From Rhodothermales bacterium (lineage in GTDB: Bacteria > Bacteroidota > Rhodothermia > Rhodothermales > JABDKH01): DNA of 64,000 nucleotides. The stretch is taken from positions 115,233 to 179,232 of the forward strand of contig CAVYIO010000038.1 of NCBI GenBank assembly GCA_963768565.1, given 5' to 3'. The position numbers were made by a program, and so were the translations under genes. Shown piece by piece: positions 10,159 to 19,467 of the stretch. The notes under the pieces are model-generated. The model did no database searches, was not told where the DNA came from, and worked only from the letters and a program-made list of their open reading frames with translations. Position 1 is the first letter of the stretch. Every line of letters starts with the position of its first letter.

Positions 10159-11622
10159 TCACGGACGGCGCGACATCCTCCTGGTGCGAACGTAGTCCGA
10201 AATGTGATCGCCATATCGATCGACAAAGTCCGCCAGGTGATCCGTCCCGCGAACGGTTCCACGACATTCCTCGGCGCCGCAGCTGCAGTGAAAGTCGGGC
10301 ATCGCTTCGTTGTGAAGAGTGGCATACTCGAGCGTGACTTCATCGCCAGGCTCCAGATCGCGCCGAGCCACGAGATCAAGTCCGGTCAACCAGCACGATG
10401 GATCGCACGAATGATCTATCGGCTTCCAGTGCTCCGGATCCCGACTCCAGATCGCCCACACCTCGTCCGTAAGCGGCCACGCTCGCTGTCCGAACCACGA
10501 TAGATGTGGCTCGCGCCAGACCGACTCAACGTAGCGCCTCGTGACGAGCTCATGAGGCTGCCCCTCGAAAGTCACTACTCGCTCACCGGCCTTGAACGCG
10601 CGCGAGACAAACACACCGTAATTCTCTGGATCTTTCGTACGCACATACCATCCGGTCCGGCGGTCGCGGTGGCGGCCGATCGCTGCTTTCACAATCTGAC
10701 GCGTAAATCCTTCAAGCCCGGCAGGGTCGTTCATCAGGCACAGGTCGGCACTTCCTGGATCCGTCGCCGGATAGTACATGCCGCAGTTTGGATTTATCTC
10801 CAGCATGAAGGGCTGACCCTCGTGATCTACACGGAGATCGCATCGACCGTAGCCTACGCCGTTGATGCCAAGGAAGAAATCGGCGGACACCTGGCGGAGT
10901 CGTGCATCCAGAGCCATATCGACTACAGGCGACTCCTCAAGGCCCGCATAGTCCTCCCACTTCATGCCGTAGTGCTTGAACGTTTCACCCTCCGGAAATC
11001 GATACTGGATGGGCTGGTACGTTGTCGGCGAACCCCAGTCGTCCGGGTTGTCGGCGACCAGGACTGTACACTCAAGACCCTCGATGAACTCCTCGATCAG
11101 GGCGCCGGCATAGGTCGTCATCATGATTTCGGACTGAGCAAGCAACTGGTCGGCTGTTTCAACTCTCGATTTCTTTGTAAGCCCGGCGCTGGCGTAGCTG
11201 CTGGGATGCTTAACGATCATCGGGTACCGGAGCATTTCGGCCGCCCGCTCGACGTCTTGCCTGTTTTTAGCAATGACATAGTCCGGCGTACCGATACCCC
11301 ATGCACGACAGACCCGCTTCATCACTTCTCTTGAGGGCTCGAAGAACAGCGAGTTCGCCCCGGTGAACGCCTGATCAAGCTTCTCCAGGGCGTCGACGAC
11401 ATCAAGCCCGGGCCGCCCTTCGTCCCACGCGCCATCACACAGATTGAAGAACACGTCGAATCCCTTCTGCGACATCTCTATGATCTGGCTGACGACAGCG
11501 TCCTTCTCAAGGACCGCAAGTTCCCACGTCGCTTCGGGGATATACGGTCGGGGATCGCACGGCCAATCGTCCTCATCAATCTCGCCGTCGAGGTCCTGGT
11601 CGGTGAGCAGGCAAATACGCAT
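10159..11622 (-). CDS. ATP-grasp (D-Ala-D-Ala ligase-like) domain fused to a C-terminal SET domain
   Basis: The N-terminal ~330 aa is an ATP-grasp fold (MIVKHPSSYASAG...EEFIEG...LEINPNCG). The C-terminal region is a SET domain (IDHSCDPSC...GDEVTLEY...CSCGAEECRG). Confidence 0.75.
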   Translation of the reverse strand: MRICLLTDQDLDGEIDEDDWPCDPRPYIPEATWELAVLEKDAVVSQIIEMSQKGFDVFFNLCDGAWDEGRPGLDVVDALEKLDQAFTGANSLFFEPSREVMKRVCRAWGIGTPDYVIAKNRQDVERAAEMLRYPMIVKHPSSYASAGLTKKSRVETADQLLAQSEIMMTTYAGALIEEFIEGLECTVLVADNPDDWGSPTTYQPIQYRFPEGETFKHYGMKWEDYAGLEESPVVDMALDARLRQVSADFFLGINGVGYGRCDLRVDHEGQPFMLEINPNCGMYYPATDPGSADLCLMNDPAGLEGFTRQIVKAAIGRHRDRRTGWYVRTKDPENYGVFVSRAFKAGERVVTFEGQPHELVTRRYVESVWREPHLSWFGQRAWPLTDEVWAIWSRDPEHWKPIDHSCDPSCWLTGLDLVARRDLEPGDEVTLEYATLHNEAMPDFHCSCGAEECRGTVRGTDHLADFVDRYGDHISDYVRTRRMSRRP

Positions 11623-11661
11623 ACAGAGTTCAGTGTTTTGGTTTCTCCGGTGTCCGGAAGA

Positions 11662-12114
11662 TCAGGATCCGGGTTTCCGCTCAATGGAAATCGTCACCGG
11701 TCCGTCGTTGATCAGTTCCACATCCATCATTGCCCCGAACTGTCCGGTTTCCACCGGCCGGTTGATGAGTTCGGACAGTCGCTCGACAAATTTCTCGTAC
11801 AGCGGCGCTGCCACCTCCGGCGGAGCCGATTCGACGAATGAAGGCCGATTGCCGCGCTCTACATTCCCATACAGGGTGAATTGCGAAACGACAAGGGCTT
11901 CTCCGTCGATATCAACTATGGAGCGATTCATCTTGCCATCTTCGTCCGAAAAGATGCGAAGAGCAGCACACTTGCGGGCCAACCAATCGACTTCGCCGGT
12001 ACTATCGTTTTGATGCACGCCCAGAAGGACAAGTAAGCCCTGACCGATGCGACCGACAACACGACCGTCAATGGTCACCGATGCACGATGGACGCGCTGC
12101 ACAAGTGCGATCAC
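11662..12114 (-). CDS. dtd: D-aminoacyl-tRNA deacylase
   Basis: MIALVQRV...SQFTLYG...NRPSF and 150 aa long. Confidence 0.9.
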   Translation of the reverse strand: MIALVQRVHRASVTIDGRVVGRIGQGLLVLLGVHQNDSTGEVDWLARKCAALRIFSDEDGKMNRSIVDIDGEALVVSQFTLYGNVERGNRPSFVESAPPEVAAPLYEKFVERLSELINRPVETGQFGAMMDVELINDGPVTISIERKPGS

Positions 12115-12120
12115 GGTCCG

Positions 12121-12756
12121 CTACCGTCGAGTGGGAGACTGGAGATAATCGCGGAGCTTTCGGAGCGCTTTACCGCGGTGACTGATCTCGTTCTTTTCAT
12201 CTGAATCCATCTCGGCGAATGTCCTGTTGCTCCCTGAAGGTACAAAGAGGGCGTCGTATCCGAACCCCATGGAGCCTCGCTCGGCCGTGGTGATGCTACC
12301 CTCGCAGACTCCGTCGAACGTGATGGTCTCCGAGTCCGACACCAGCGCAACAACGGTGCGAAATCTTGCTTGCCGATTTCCCTTGTCCGACAACTCGGCC
12401 AGGAGTTTCATTCGGTTGGCGACCGGCTCGCAGTCCGGGCCGGCGTAGCGCGCCGAAAACACGCCGGGCTCCCCACCCAGAGCATCCACTTCGAGACCCG
12501 TATCGTCCGCGATGGTAGGGATGCCCGTCGATTCGAAAATCACGCGCGCCTTTTTGACGGCATTGCCCTCGAGCGTCAAGGCGTCCTCTTCCACCGGTGC
12601 CAGGTGCTCGAAGTCTGCGAGGCTCAGCAGTTCAATACCGAGGCTATGCAGGAGCTCTCGGATCTCGGCCAGCTTGCCCGGGTTGCCTGTCGCAACAACG
12701 AGCCTTCTTGTATCTGAATTCAAATTTCGAGACCGAATGGGCCGGGATTCGAACAA
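12121..12756 (-). CDS. rdgB: dITP/XTP pyrophosphatase (Ham1/RdgB)
   Basis: LVVATGNPGKLAEI...FGYD.LF. The start may be a few codons downstream. Confidence 0.85.
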   Translation of the reverse strand: MFESRPIRSRNLNSDTRRLVVATGNPGKLAEIRELLHSLGIELLSLADFEHLAPVEEDALTLEGNAVKKARVIFESTGIPTIADDTGLEVDALGGEPGVFSARYAGPDCEPVANRMKLLAELSDKGNRQARFRTVVALVSDSETITFDGVCEGSITTAERGSMGFGYDALFVPSGSNRTFAEMDSDEKNEISHRGKALRKLRDYLQSPTRR

Positions 12757-12886
12757 TAGTGCGACCGCGTTTCAGAACCTGATCTCGATCTGCCAGCGAA
12801 CAGAATCGTCATTTGCCGCTTTTCGGGGCCTAACGGACAATCAGTTCCGGTGAAATCGGTGTTGGAACAGGCCGTTCTTCTCCCTA

Positions 12887-12918
12887 TTTGGAAACATAGA
12901 GGGCCGACCGTAATTTAT
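12887..12918 (+). promoter_or_regulatory. Candidate Bacteroidetes-type sigmaA promoter for rpsU (TTTG -33 ... TAATTTAT -7)
   Basis: TTG at 12888-90 is separated by 20 nt from TAATTTAT at 12911-18, matching the TTG-N17-23-TAnnTTTG pattern. The predicted TSS falls after the ATG at 12917. Confidence 0.3.
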
Positions 12919-12958
12919 GAGGCCGTCCAAAATCCGGGTAATTAAACAGGTTTCCCCA

Positions 12959-13153
12959 GTGTCCGTCGGAATCAAACTAAGAGATAAAGAGAACATTGAC
13001 CGGGCTCTTCGCCGGTTCAAGCGCGCGGTCAACCGCAGCCGGGTACTTCGTATTTACCGGGCGAACATGGCCTTCACCAAGCCATCTGAGGAACGTCGCC
13101 AGGCACGCCAGAAGGCTGCACGGAACGCCCACAAGAGATCGAGATCGTATTGA
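12959..13153 (+). CDS. rpsU: 30S ribosomal protein S21
   Basis: ...IDRALRRFKRAVNRSRVLRIYR...ERRQARQKAARNAHKR is S21. A GTG start at 12959 fits the S21 N-terminus and the promoter candidate better than the ATG at 12917. Confidence 0.8.
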   Translation: MSVGIKLRDKENIDRALRRFKRAVNRSRVLRIYRANMAFTKPSEERRQARQKAARNAHKRSRSY

Positions 13154-13178
13154 TTCCCGGATGATATTGGCAGACGCG

Positions 13179-13211
13179 AACGCCGCCTCTTTGGGCGGCG
13201 TTTCTATGTTT
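13179..13211 (+). terminator. Rho-independent terminator after rpsU
   Basis: Stem AACGCCGCC / GGCGGCGTT (9 bp) with loop TCTTTG, followed by TTTCTATGTTT. Confidence 0.55.
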
Positions 13212-13239
13212 GACGCCGGCGCGATCGCTGTGCAACCGA

Positions 13240-16200
13240 CTAGGTGATGTCCAGCGCCTCCGAAATAAGCTTCTCCATCTCGACCTGGTGGACCTTGGCG
13301 CTGCCACTCGAAGGACTGGCGCTGGCCGGTCGACCACGGTATTGAATGTTGCCACATTCGCTTCCTGATCTCGAAGCGAGCACGTCGTCCAATCGTGGTG
13401 CAATGAATGTCCAGGCTCCCATGTTCTTAGGTTCCTCCTGGCACCACACGAACACGTCGGCGTCGGGAAATCGATCAACCTCGCGCACCAGTGCAGCGCG
13501 CGGGAATGGATACAGTTGTTCGACGCGGACTACGGCTGTGGCCTCGAGCACTTCGGGATGGGCTTCTGCAGTCTGCAGCAATTCGAAATACAACTTCCCG
13601 CTGCAGAACACAATTCGCTTCACCGCCGACGCATTGGCGTTGATCGCAGGAAGCACTTCGTCGAATTGACCGTCCGTGAATTCCGTTGGCGACGAAATCA
13701 CGCGCGGGTGCCGCAGCAGACTCTTTGGCGACATCACAATCAGGGGCTTCCGCTTTTCCATCTTGACCTGCCTGCGCAATGCGTGGAACAGGTTGGCGGG
13801 CGTCGTCAGATTGCATACTGTCAGGTTGCCTTCGGCGCACATCTGAAGGAACCTCTCAAGACGGGCCGACGAGTGCTCCGGACCCTGCCCTTCGTATCCA
13901 TGCGGCAGCAATAGTACGAGGGAGCTTCGTTGACCCCACTTGCTCTCGGCAGCCGAAAGGAACTGGTCGAAAACAATCTGGGCACCGTTCGAAAAATCTC
14001 CGAACTGGGCCTCCCATATCACGAGAGCCTCGGGATCGGCGACGGAATAACCATACTCGAAGCCGCAGGCAGCATACTCGGACAGCAGGCTATCGTAAAC
14101 CAGCAGGTGCGGCTGCTCGTCCTTGATGTTGTTCAGGGGCACCAATTCCGATCCGTTTGTCTGGTCGAACACCACGGCATGGCGATGACTGAAGGTCCCG
14201 CGACCGGAGTCCTGTCCGGCCAGTCGCACCGTCGTGCCATCCAGTAGTAGCGATCCGTAGGCCAGCGCCTCACCGAGCGACCAGTCGACCAGGCCGTCCT
14301 CATACGCTTTCGCGCGTTTCTCGAACTGTCTGGCGAGCTTCTTGTGTATGTCGAAGCCATCCGGGAATGTCACGAGCGCCTTGACGATCGTATCCAGCGT
14401 CGCCGACGGTACCGCCGTATCGAAGCTGGGCAATTCCGCGGCAGGTTCGGTTCGTTGGAACACGACGACCTCTTTTGTGGCGTCTCGCTCGACCACCTCC
14501 TTCGTCCGTTCGAATGCCTCAACGAGTCGAGCCCGATAGTCATCCAGCATCTGCTCCGCTTCTTCGAGACTCATCTCTCCTCTGCGAAGCAAGTACTCCG
14601 TGTAGAGCTTTCGCACTGACCTTTTCGCTTCGATTTTTCGATAGAGCAGCGGCTGCGTGTACGTCGGTTCGTCACCCTCATTGTGGCCATGCACGCGGTA
14701 GCAGAGCATGTCAATGACCACGTCCTTGTTGAATTCCTGCCTGTAGTCGAGCGCGATAATAGCAACACGAATGCAGGCTTCGGGATCGTCTCCATTGACG
14801 TGGAAGATGGGTGCCTGAATCATCCGCGCAACGTCCGTCGCATACGTCGAGCTTCGCGCGTCCGACGGCGTCGTCGTGAATCCGATCTGATTGTTGATGA
14901 CGACGTGGATCGTTCCGCCGGTGTGGTATCCGGACAGCTGACTCAGGTTCAGCGTTTCCGCGACGACACCCTGACCGGCAAATGCCGCGTCCCCATGAAG
15001 CAGGAGCGGAATGACGGCGTCCTTGTAATCACCTCCCGGAACGTCGGATACCTGGTGCCGGAGTTTGTATTGCTTCGAGCGCACCATCCCTTCGACGACC
15101 GGGTTGACCGCCTCCAGATGACTCGGGTTGGAGGCGAGCGTAACCTTGAGCTGATTTCCGTCCGGCGACTCATGCGTTCCGGTCGCCCCGAGATGGTACT
15201 TGACGTCGCCCGATCCCTGTGTCGTGTTCGGATCGAGACTGCCTTCAAACTCGGAGAAAATCACCTCGTATGGTTTGTGCAGGATGTTTGCCAGCACGTT
15301 AAGCCGTCCGCGATGCGCCATCCCCATCACGACTTCGTGCACACCCTGATCGGCCGAATTGGAGAGGATCATGTCCAGCATCGGGATGACCGTCTCGGAT
15401 CCTTCGAGCGAAAATCGCTTGTGCCCGATGTATTTGGTGTGCAGAAAACGCTCGAATGCCTCGGCAGCGTTCAGCTTTGAGAGGACCCGCCGCTTAAGCT
15501 CGGGTACCAGTGCATCCAATCCTCCGACAGGTTCGACACGATCTTCAAGCCAGGCCTTCTCTGTCGGATCGGAAATGTGCATGTACTCGATCCCGAACTT
15601 GCGGCTGTATGCCTCTCTCACGATCGACAGAATCTCACGTAGAGGCAGAATATCCACGCCACCCAGTCCGCCGGTCACAAACTTGCGGTCAAGATCCCAT
15701 ACGGTGAGACCGTAGGTGGCGGGATCCAGTTCGGGGTGATTCACCCACTCATAACCCAGCGGGTTGATGTCGGCTTGAAGATGTCCACGCACGCGATGCG
15801 CCCGGATCAACTGCAGGACTCTGGCCTGCTTCTGAATCATGTCGGCTTCCGACCCGTCCGCTCCAAGTTGCGGCGTATTGTCCGGCGTCAGCACGAACGG
15901 CTGGTACGGGATGTTGAGCTCGGTGAACAGCGTCGAGTAAAAGCCATGTTCGCCCAGAAGTGACTGCGCGATGTGTGCCAGGAATGCACCGCTCTCTGCT
16001 CCCTGGATGACGCGATGGTCATAGGTGGACGTGATCGCCATGACCTGGGAGATGCCGGTCCGGCTCACGATATCGGGTGCGAATGCGTGGTACTCCGGCG
16101 GATAACCGATCGAGCCGACACCGACGATGACACCTTGATTCGGCATGAGACGGGGAACGCTGAGCGACGTCCCGATCATACCCGGGTTTGTGATGGTAGC

Positions 16201-16935
16201 GGTGGTACCGCGAAAGTCGCTGATCTCCAGTTCATTGTTGCGAGCACGCCCGACGAGGTCGTTGTAGATCCCGAGAAACTGGGGGAACGACATCTCGCCC
16301 GCGTTCTTGATGTTGGGGACCATGAGCGTCCGCCGGCCGCGGCGCTCGATGTCGATAGCGAGGCCCAGGTTGATCGCTTCGGGAATCACGTGTTCCGGTT
16401 TACCGTCAACGCGACGAAACGTCGTGTACATACTGGGAAACGCACGCAGGCCCTGCACGATCGCCCAGGCAATCATGTGCGTGTACGACACCTTCTCTCC
16501 CCCTGAATTCCTCTGGTAGTCGTTAATGAGTTTCCGGTTTTCGGCCATGAGCTTCACGGCGAACGTGCGAACCGATGTTGCCGTCGGGACATGGATACTG
16601 GCCTCCATGTTCTCGACGATCTTCGCTGCAGCGCCGCGCAGGGGTTTGATCTCCGCCTCGAATTCCAGTTCGGGGGCGGCAGGCTCGGCGGGCGACACCG
16701 CTCCGTCGCCCTCCCGGGCCGTAGGGCCGGCCGCAGCAACTTCCGCCTCCAGTTCACCGGATGCCGCGACGACCGCCTTGCGGGCTTCTGTTGCCGCCAC
16801 AAAGGACTCACTGGGCCGGTAATCGGCAAAGAACTCACGCCAGCTTTCGCTGACGCTCTCGGGATCATCCAGATACTGCCGGTATAGCTGCTCTACGTAC
16901 CCGGTATTGAATCCCAGTCTGGTCTCGTCATGCAT
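13240..16935 (-). CDS. sucA: 2-oxoglutarate dehydrogenase E1 with fused N-proximal E2 acyltransferase catalytic domain (Kgd/OdhA type)
   Basis: 1231 aa from ATG 16935 (MHDETRLGFNTGYV...). The E2 catalytic motif TYDHRVIQGAESGAFL is followed by a full E1 (TPP) region. Confidence 0.9.
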   Translation of the reverse strand: MHDETRLGFNTGYVEQLYRQYLDDPESVSESWREFFADYRPSESFVAATEARKAVVAASGELEAEVAAAGPTAREGDGAVSPAEPAAPELEFEAEIKPLRGAAAKIVENMEASIHVPTATSVRTFAVKLMAENRKLINDYQRNSGGEKVSYTHMIAWAIVQGLRAFPSMYTTFRRVDGKPEHVIPEAINLGLAIDIERRGRRTLMVPNIKNAGEMSFPQFLGIYNDLVGRARNNELEISDFRGTTATITNPGMIGTSLSVPRLMPNQGVIVGVGSIGYPPEYHAFAPDIVSRTGISQVMAITSTYDHRVIQGAESGAFLAHIAQSLLGEHGFYSTLFTELNIPYQPFVLTPDNTPQLGADGSEADMIQKQARVLQLIRAHRVRGHLQADINPLGYEWVNHPELDPATYGLTVWDLDRKFVTGGLGGVDILPLREILSIVREAYSRKFGIEYMHISDPTEKAWLEDRVEPVGGLDALVPELKRRVLSKLNAAEAFERFLHTKYIGHKRFSLEGSETVIPMLDMILSNSADQGVHEVVMGMAHRGRLNVLANILHKPYEVIFSEFEGSLDPNTTQGSGDVKYHLGATGTHESPDGNQLKVTLASNPSHLEAVNPVVEGMVRSKQYKLRHQVSDVPGGDYKDAVIPLLLHGDAAFAGQGVVAETLNLSQLSGYHTGGTIHVVINNQIGFTTTPSDARSSTYATDVARMIQAPIFHVNGDDPEACIRVAIIALDYRQEFNKDVVIDMLCYRVHGHNEGDEPTYTQPLLYRKIEAKRSVRKLYTEYLLRRGEMSLEEAEQMLDDYRARLVEAFERTKEVVERDATKEVVVFQRTEPAAELPSFDTAVPSATLDTIVKALVTFPDGFDIHKKLARQFEKRAKAYEDGLVDWSLGEALAYGSLLLDGTTVRLAGQDSGRGTFSHRHAVVFDQTNGSELVPLNNIKDEQPHLLVYDSLLSEYAACGFEYGYSVADPEALVIWEAQFGDFSNGAQIVFDQFLSAAESKWGQRSSLVLLLPHGYEGQGPEHSSARLERFLQMCAEGNLTVCNLTTPANLFHALRRQVKMEKRKPLIVMSPKSLLRHPRVISSPTEFTDGQFDEVLPAINANASAVKRIVFCSGKLYFELLQTAEAHPEVLEATAVVRVEQLYPFPRAALVREVDRFPDADVFVWCQEEPKNMGAWTFIAPRLDDVLASRSGSECGNIQYRGRPASASPSSGSAKVHQVEMEKLISEALDIT

Positions 16936-16998
16936 GGTCTTTTCTGATTCGTTGCGGAGCGGCGCCGTACGCATGTGGCTGCGGCCATGAACGTGATT

Positions 16999-18024
16999 CT
17001 ACCGCATCCAACCCTTTTGCCGGTACCATTCAATTGTGCTTCTGATCCCTTCGTTCAGAGACACCTTCGGGTCGTATCCAAAGTGTGAGCCCGCCTTTTG
17101 ACTCGAACACGCTTTGCAGGCCTCAAGGATTTCAAGAGCCTTCTCTCGATTCAGCGGCGGATACTCCCCGATCAGGGACGCGACCTTTTCGGTAAGAGTA
17201 CCGACGAGTCGAACCGCCGCGGGCGGAACGCGGATCGTCAGAACACGGCGGCCAAGTACGTCAACCGTCGCATCCCGTATCTCCTCCCACGTGGAAGGAG
17301 CGGCCGATCCAAGGAAGTACGTTTCACCGATCGTGGCGTCCGACTCAGCTGCGCCGATCATTCCAGCGACCAGATCATCAACATGAACGAGCGACACGGG
17401 GTCAGGCTTATTCCCCCCGATGATGGGGCACACGCCTCGGGAAACAGTACGAAAAAAGGTCAGGATGTCTTGCTCCCTTGGACCGTACACCGCCGGTGGG
17501 CGAACGATGGTCAGCGGAAGCCTGTCGTGAAGCCGCTTTCCATTTTCTTCCTGGTCTGCGATGCGTTGCTCCATTACGGCCTTACTGCGGCCGTATTGAC
17601 TGACGGGGTTCAGCGGCGTTTCCTCGGTTGCCACCAGTTCGGCGCTAACGCCGACAACGGCGAGCGTGCTTGTAACAAGAACCCGTTGGACATCCGGGCA
17701 CGCAGACTCGACCGCGCGAAGCAGACGAAGAGTCCCGTCGACATTCGCGCGAATGAACGTGGCACTGTCCTTCGATCGCGTAACACCGGCCACGTGGTAC
17801 ACGTGCGTGACCCCGGAAAGGGCCGACTCGAGATCCGTATCGTCCCCGAGATCACCCGAAACCCGGGTGACATCCAGATCGGCAAGCCACTTCGGATCCT
17901 TGCGTACGAGGCACCTGACCTCGGCGTAGCCCTCGTTCTGCAATTGCTCAACGAGATGGCTACCGACGAATCCTGTGCCACCGGTGACGAATGCGATTTT
18001 TCGAGTGTCGTTCAACGAGCGCAC
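16999..18024 (-). CDS. NAD-dependent epimerase/dehydratase (extended SDR)
   Basis: IAFVTGGTGFVGSHLV Rossmann motif, 341 aa. Confidence 0.8.
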   Translation of the reverse strand: MRSLNDTRKIAFVTGGTGFVGSHLVEQLQNEGYAEVRCLVRKDPKWLADLDVTRVSGDLGDDTDLESALSGVTHVYHVAGVTRSKDSATFIRANVDGTLRLLRAVESACPDVQRVLVTSTLAVVGVSAELVATEETPLNPVSQYGRSKAVMEQRIADQEENGKRLHDRLPLTIVRPPAVYGPREQDILTFFRTVSRGVCPIIGGNKPDPVSLVHVDDLVAGMIGAAESDATIGETYFLGSAAPSTWEEIRDATVDVLGRRVLTIRVPPAAVRLVGTLTEKVASLIGEYPPLNREKALEILEACKACSSQKAGSHFGYDPKVSLNEGIRSTIEWYRQKGWMR

Positions 18025-18042
18025 CTGGCGATAAAAAATCGG

Positions 18043-19449
18043 CTAAGCAATGGCTGTCAGGCGCGCAACGCTCTCAATATGTTCTGTATGCGGAAACATA
18101 TCGACCGGTTGAATTGCATCTATTCTGTAGATCTCTGAAAGCGCACTCAGATCGCGCGCTTGAGTCTGCGGGTTGCAACTAACATACACGAATCGGTCTG
18201 CTCGGAGCGACGCGATCTGCTCGACGACGCGCGGATGCAACCCTGCACGGGGCGGGTCCACAATCAGTACGTCGGGTACCCCGTGTTCCTCCAGAAATCC
18301 GGGATCGACCAGCTTTCCGACGTCGCCGGCAATGAACGAACAATTGTCGACTCGGTTCTGCTGCGCATTGGCGCGCGCGTCTTCGATTGCGTCGGCCACT
18401 ACCTCGACTCCGATGACTTTGTGGACATAGGGCGATAGATAAAGAGAGATCGTGCCTGTTCCACAATACAGATCATACACAACGTCGGAAGGCCGTAGCC
18501 CGGCAGCGTCTCTGACCACTTCGTATAGCCGTTCCGCCTGATCCGTATTCGTCTGGAAAAACGACTGCGGGCCGATGTCGAATTCAAAATCACCGAGTCG
18601 TTCCTTGATCTTGCCGGACCCGAATACGACATAGGTCTCACTACCCAGTGCCGTCTGCGCCGGAGTATCGTTGATCGTGTTGACAAACGTCGAGACGGCT
18701 AACTCGGATGATCTCAATAACTCCGCCATCCTTTCGTCGACGGATGAATCGCGACGTGAGGTCACGAGATTGACCATGCGGTCTCCTGTTCTCTTGCCCT
18801 CACGAATGACAAGGTGCCGAAGCAGTCCCGTATGACCGCGAGTATCCCATGGAGCCCACTCTGATTGTCTGGCCAAAGCGCGGACTCTGTTTACGATTTC
18901 GCGGCTTTCCATCGACTGAAGATGGCACTCCTCCAGGTCGATGATCTTGGCAAACTGACGTGGCGCGTGCAAGCCAAGCGCGAAACTTTTGTCGAAGATC
19001 TGGCCCGACTCTATGTCGCTCTTCGTTAACCACCGCTGCGAACTGAATGAGAACTCCATCTTGTTGCGATAGAGATAGGTCGCGGCCGATCTCAGCGTCG
19101 GCTTCACGTCTACCTGATCGAATCCACCCGCGTGCTCAAACGCTTCGACGACACTTTGTCGCTTTGCCTCAAGCTGTGCCTCGTAGTCGACGTGCTGCCA
19201 CTTGCACCCGCCGCAATGACCAAAGTACCGGCAGACGGGCTTCGCTCGCAGTGGGCTCTCGCGTACCGTTTGCAGGACCTCAGCCTCCGCATACTTCTTC
19301 TTGAGCTTTCTTATGCGGATGTCGACCTCATCACCGGGAACGGCAGCCGGAACGAAGATCACCATGCCATCGACGCGTGCCAGTGACTTCCCACGATCGG
19401 CGAACTTCTCGATCGTAACCCGAAGTTCGGAGCCTTTTTTAAGTCCCAT
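18043..19449 (-). CDS. rlmD: 23S rRNA (uracil-5)-methyltransferase RlmD (RumA)
   Basis: TRAM domain N-terminus, CRYFGHCGGCKWQH Fe-S motif and SAM-MTase motifs (DLYCGTG). Confidence 0.85.
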   Translation of the reverse strand: MGLKKGSELRVTIEKFADRGKSLARVDGMVIFVPAAVPGDEVDIRIRKLKKKYAEAEVLQTVRESPLRAKPVCRYFGHCGGCKWQHVDYEAQLEAKRQSVVEAFEHAGGFDQVDVKPTLRSAATYLYRNKMEFSFSSQRWLTKSDIESGQIFDKSFALGLHAPRQFAKIIDLEECHLQSMESREIVNRVRALARQSEWAPWDTRGHTGLLRHLVIREGKRTGDRMVNLVTSRRDSSVDERMAELLRSSELAVSTFVNTINDTPAQTALGSETYVVFGSGKIKERLGDFEFDIGPQSFFQTNTDQAERLYEVVRDAAGLRPSDVVYDLYCGTGTISLYLSPYVHKVIGVEVVADAIEDARANAQQNRVDNCSFIAGDVGKLVDPGFLEEHGVPDVLIVDPPRAGLHPRVVEQIASLRADRFVYVSCNPQTQARDLSALSEIYRIDAIQPVDMFPHTEHIESVARLTAIA

Positions 19450-19467
19450 TGGCGCCGGCGAAAGACA

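Noticed and set aside
14683-15480. 265-aa ORF antisense to sucA
   Set aside because: It lies entirely inside the strongly supported sucA CDS and has an R-rich junk composition.
17098-18138. 346-aa ORF antisense to the epimerase gene
   Set aside because: It overlaps a confidently assigned SDR gene on the other strand and has no motifs.
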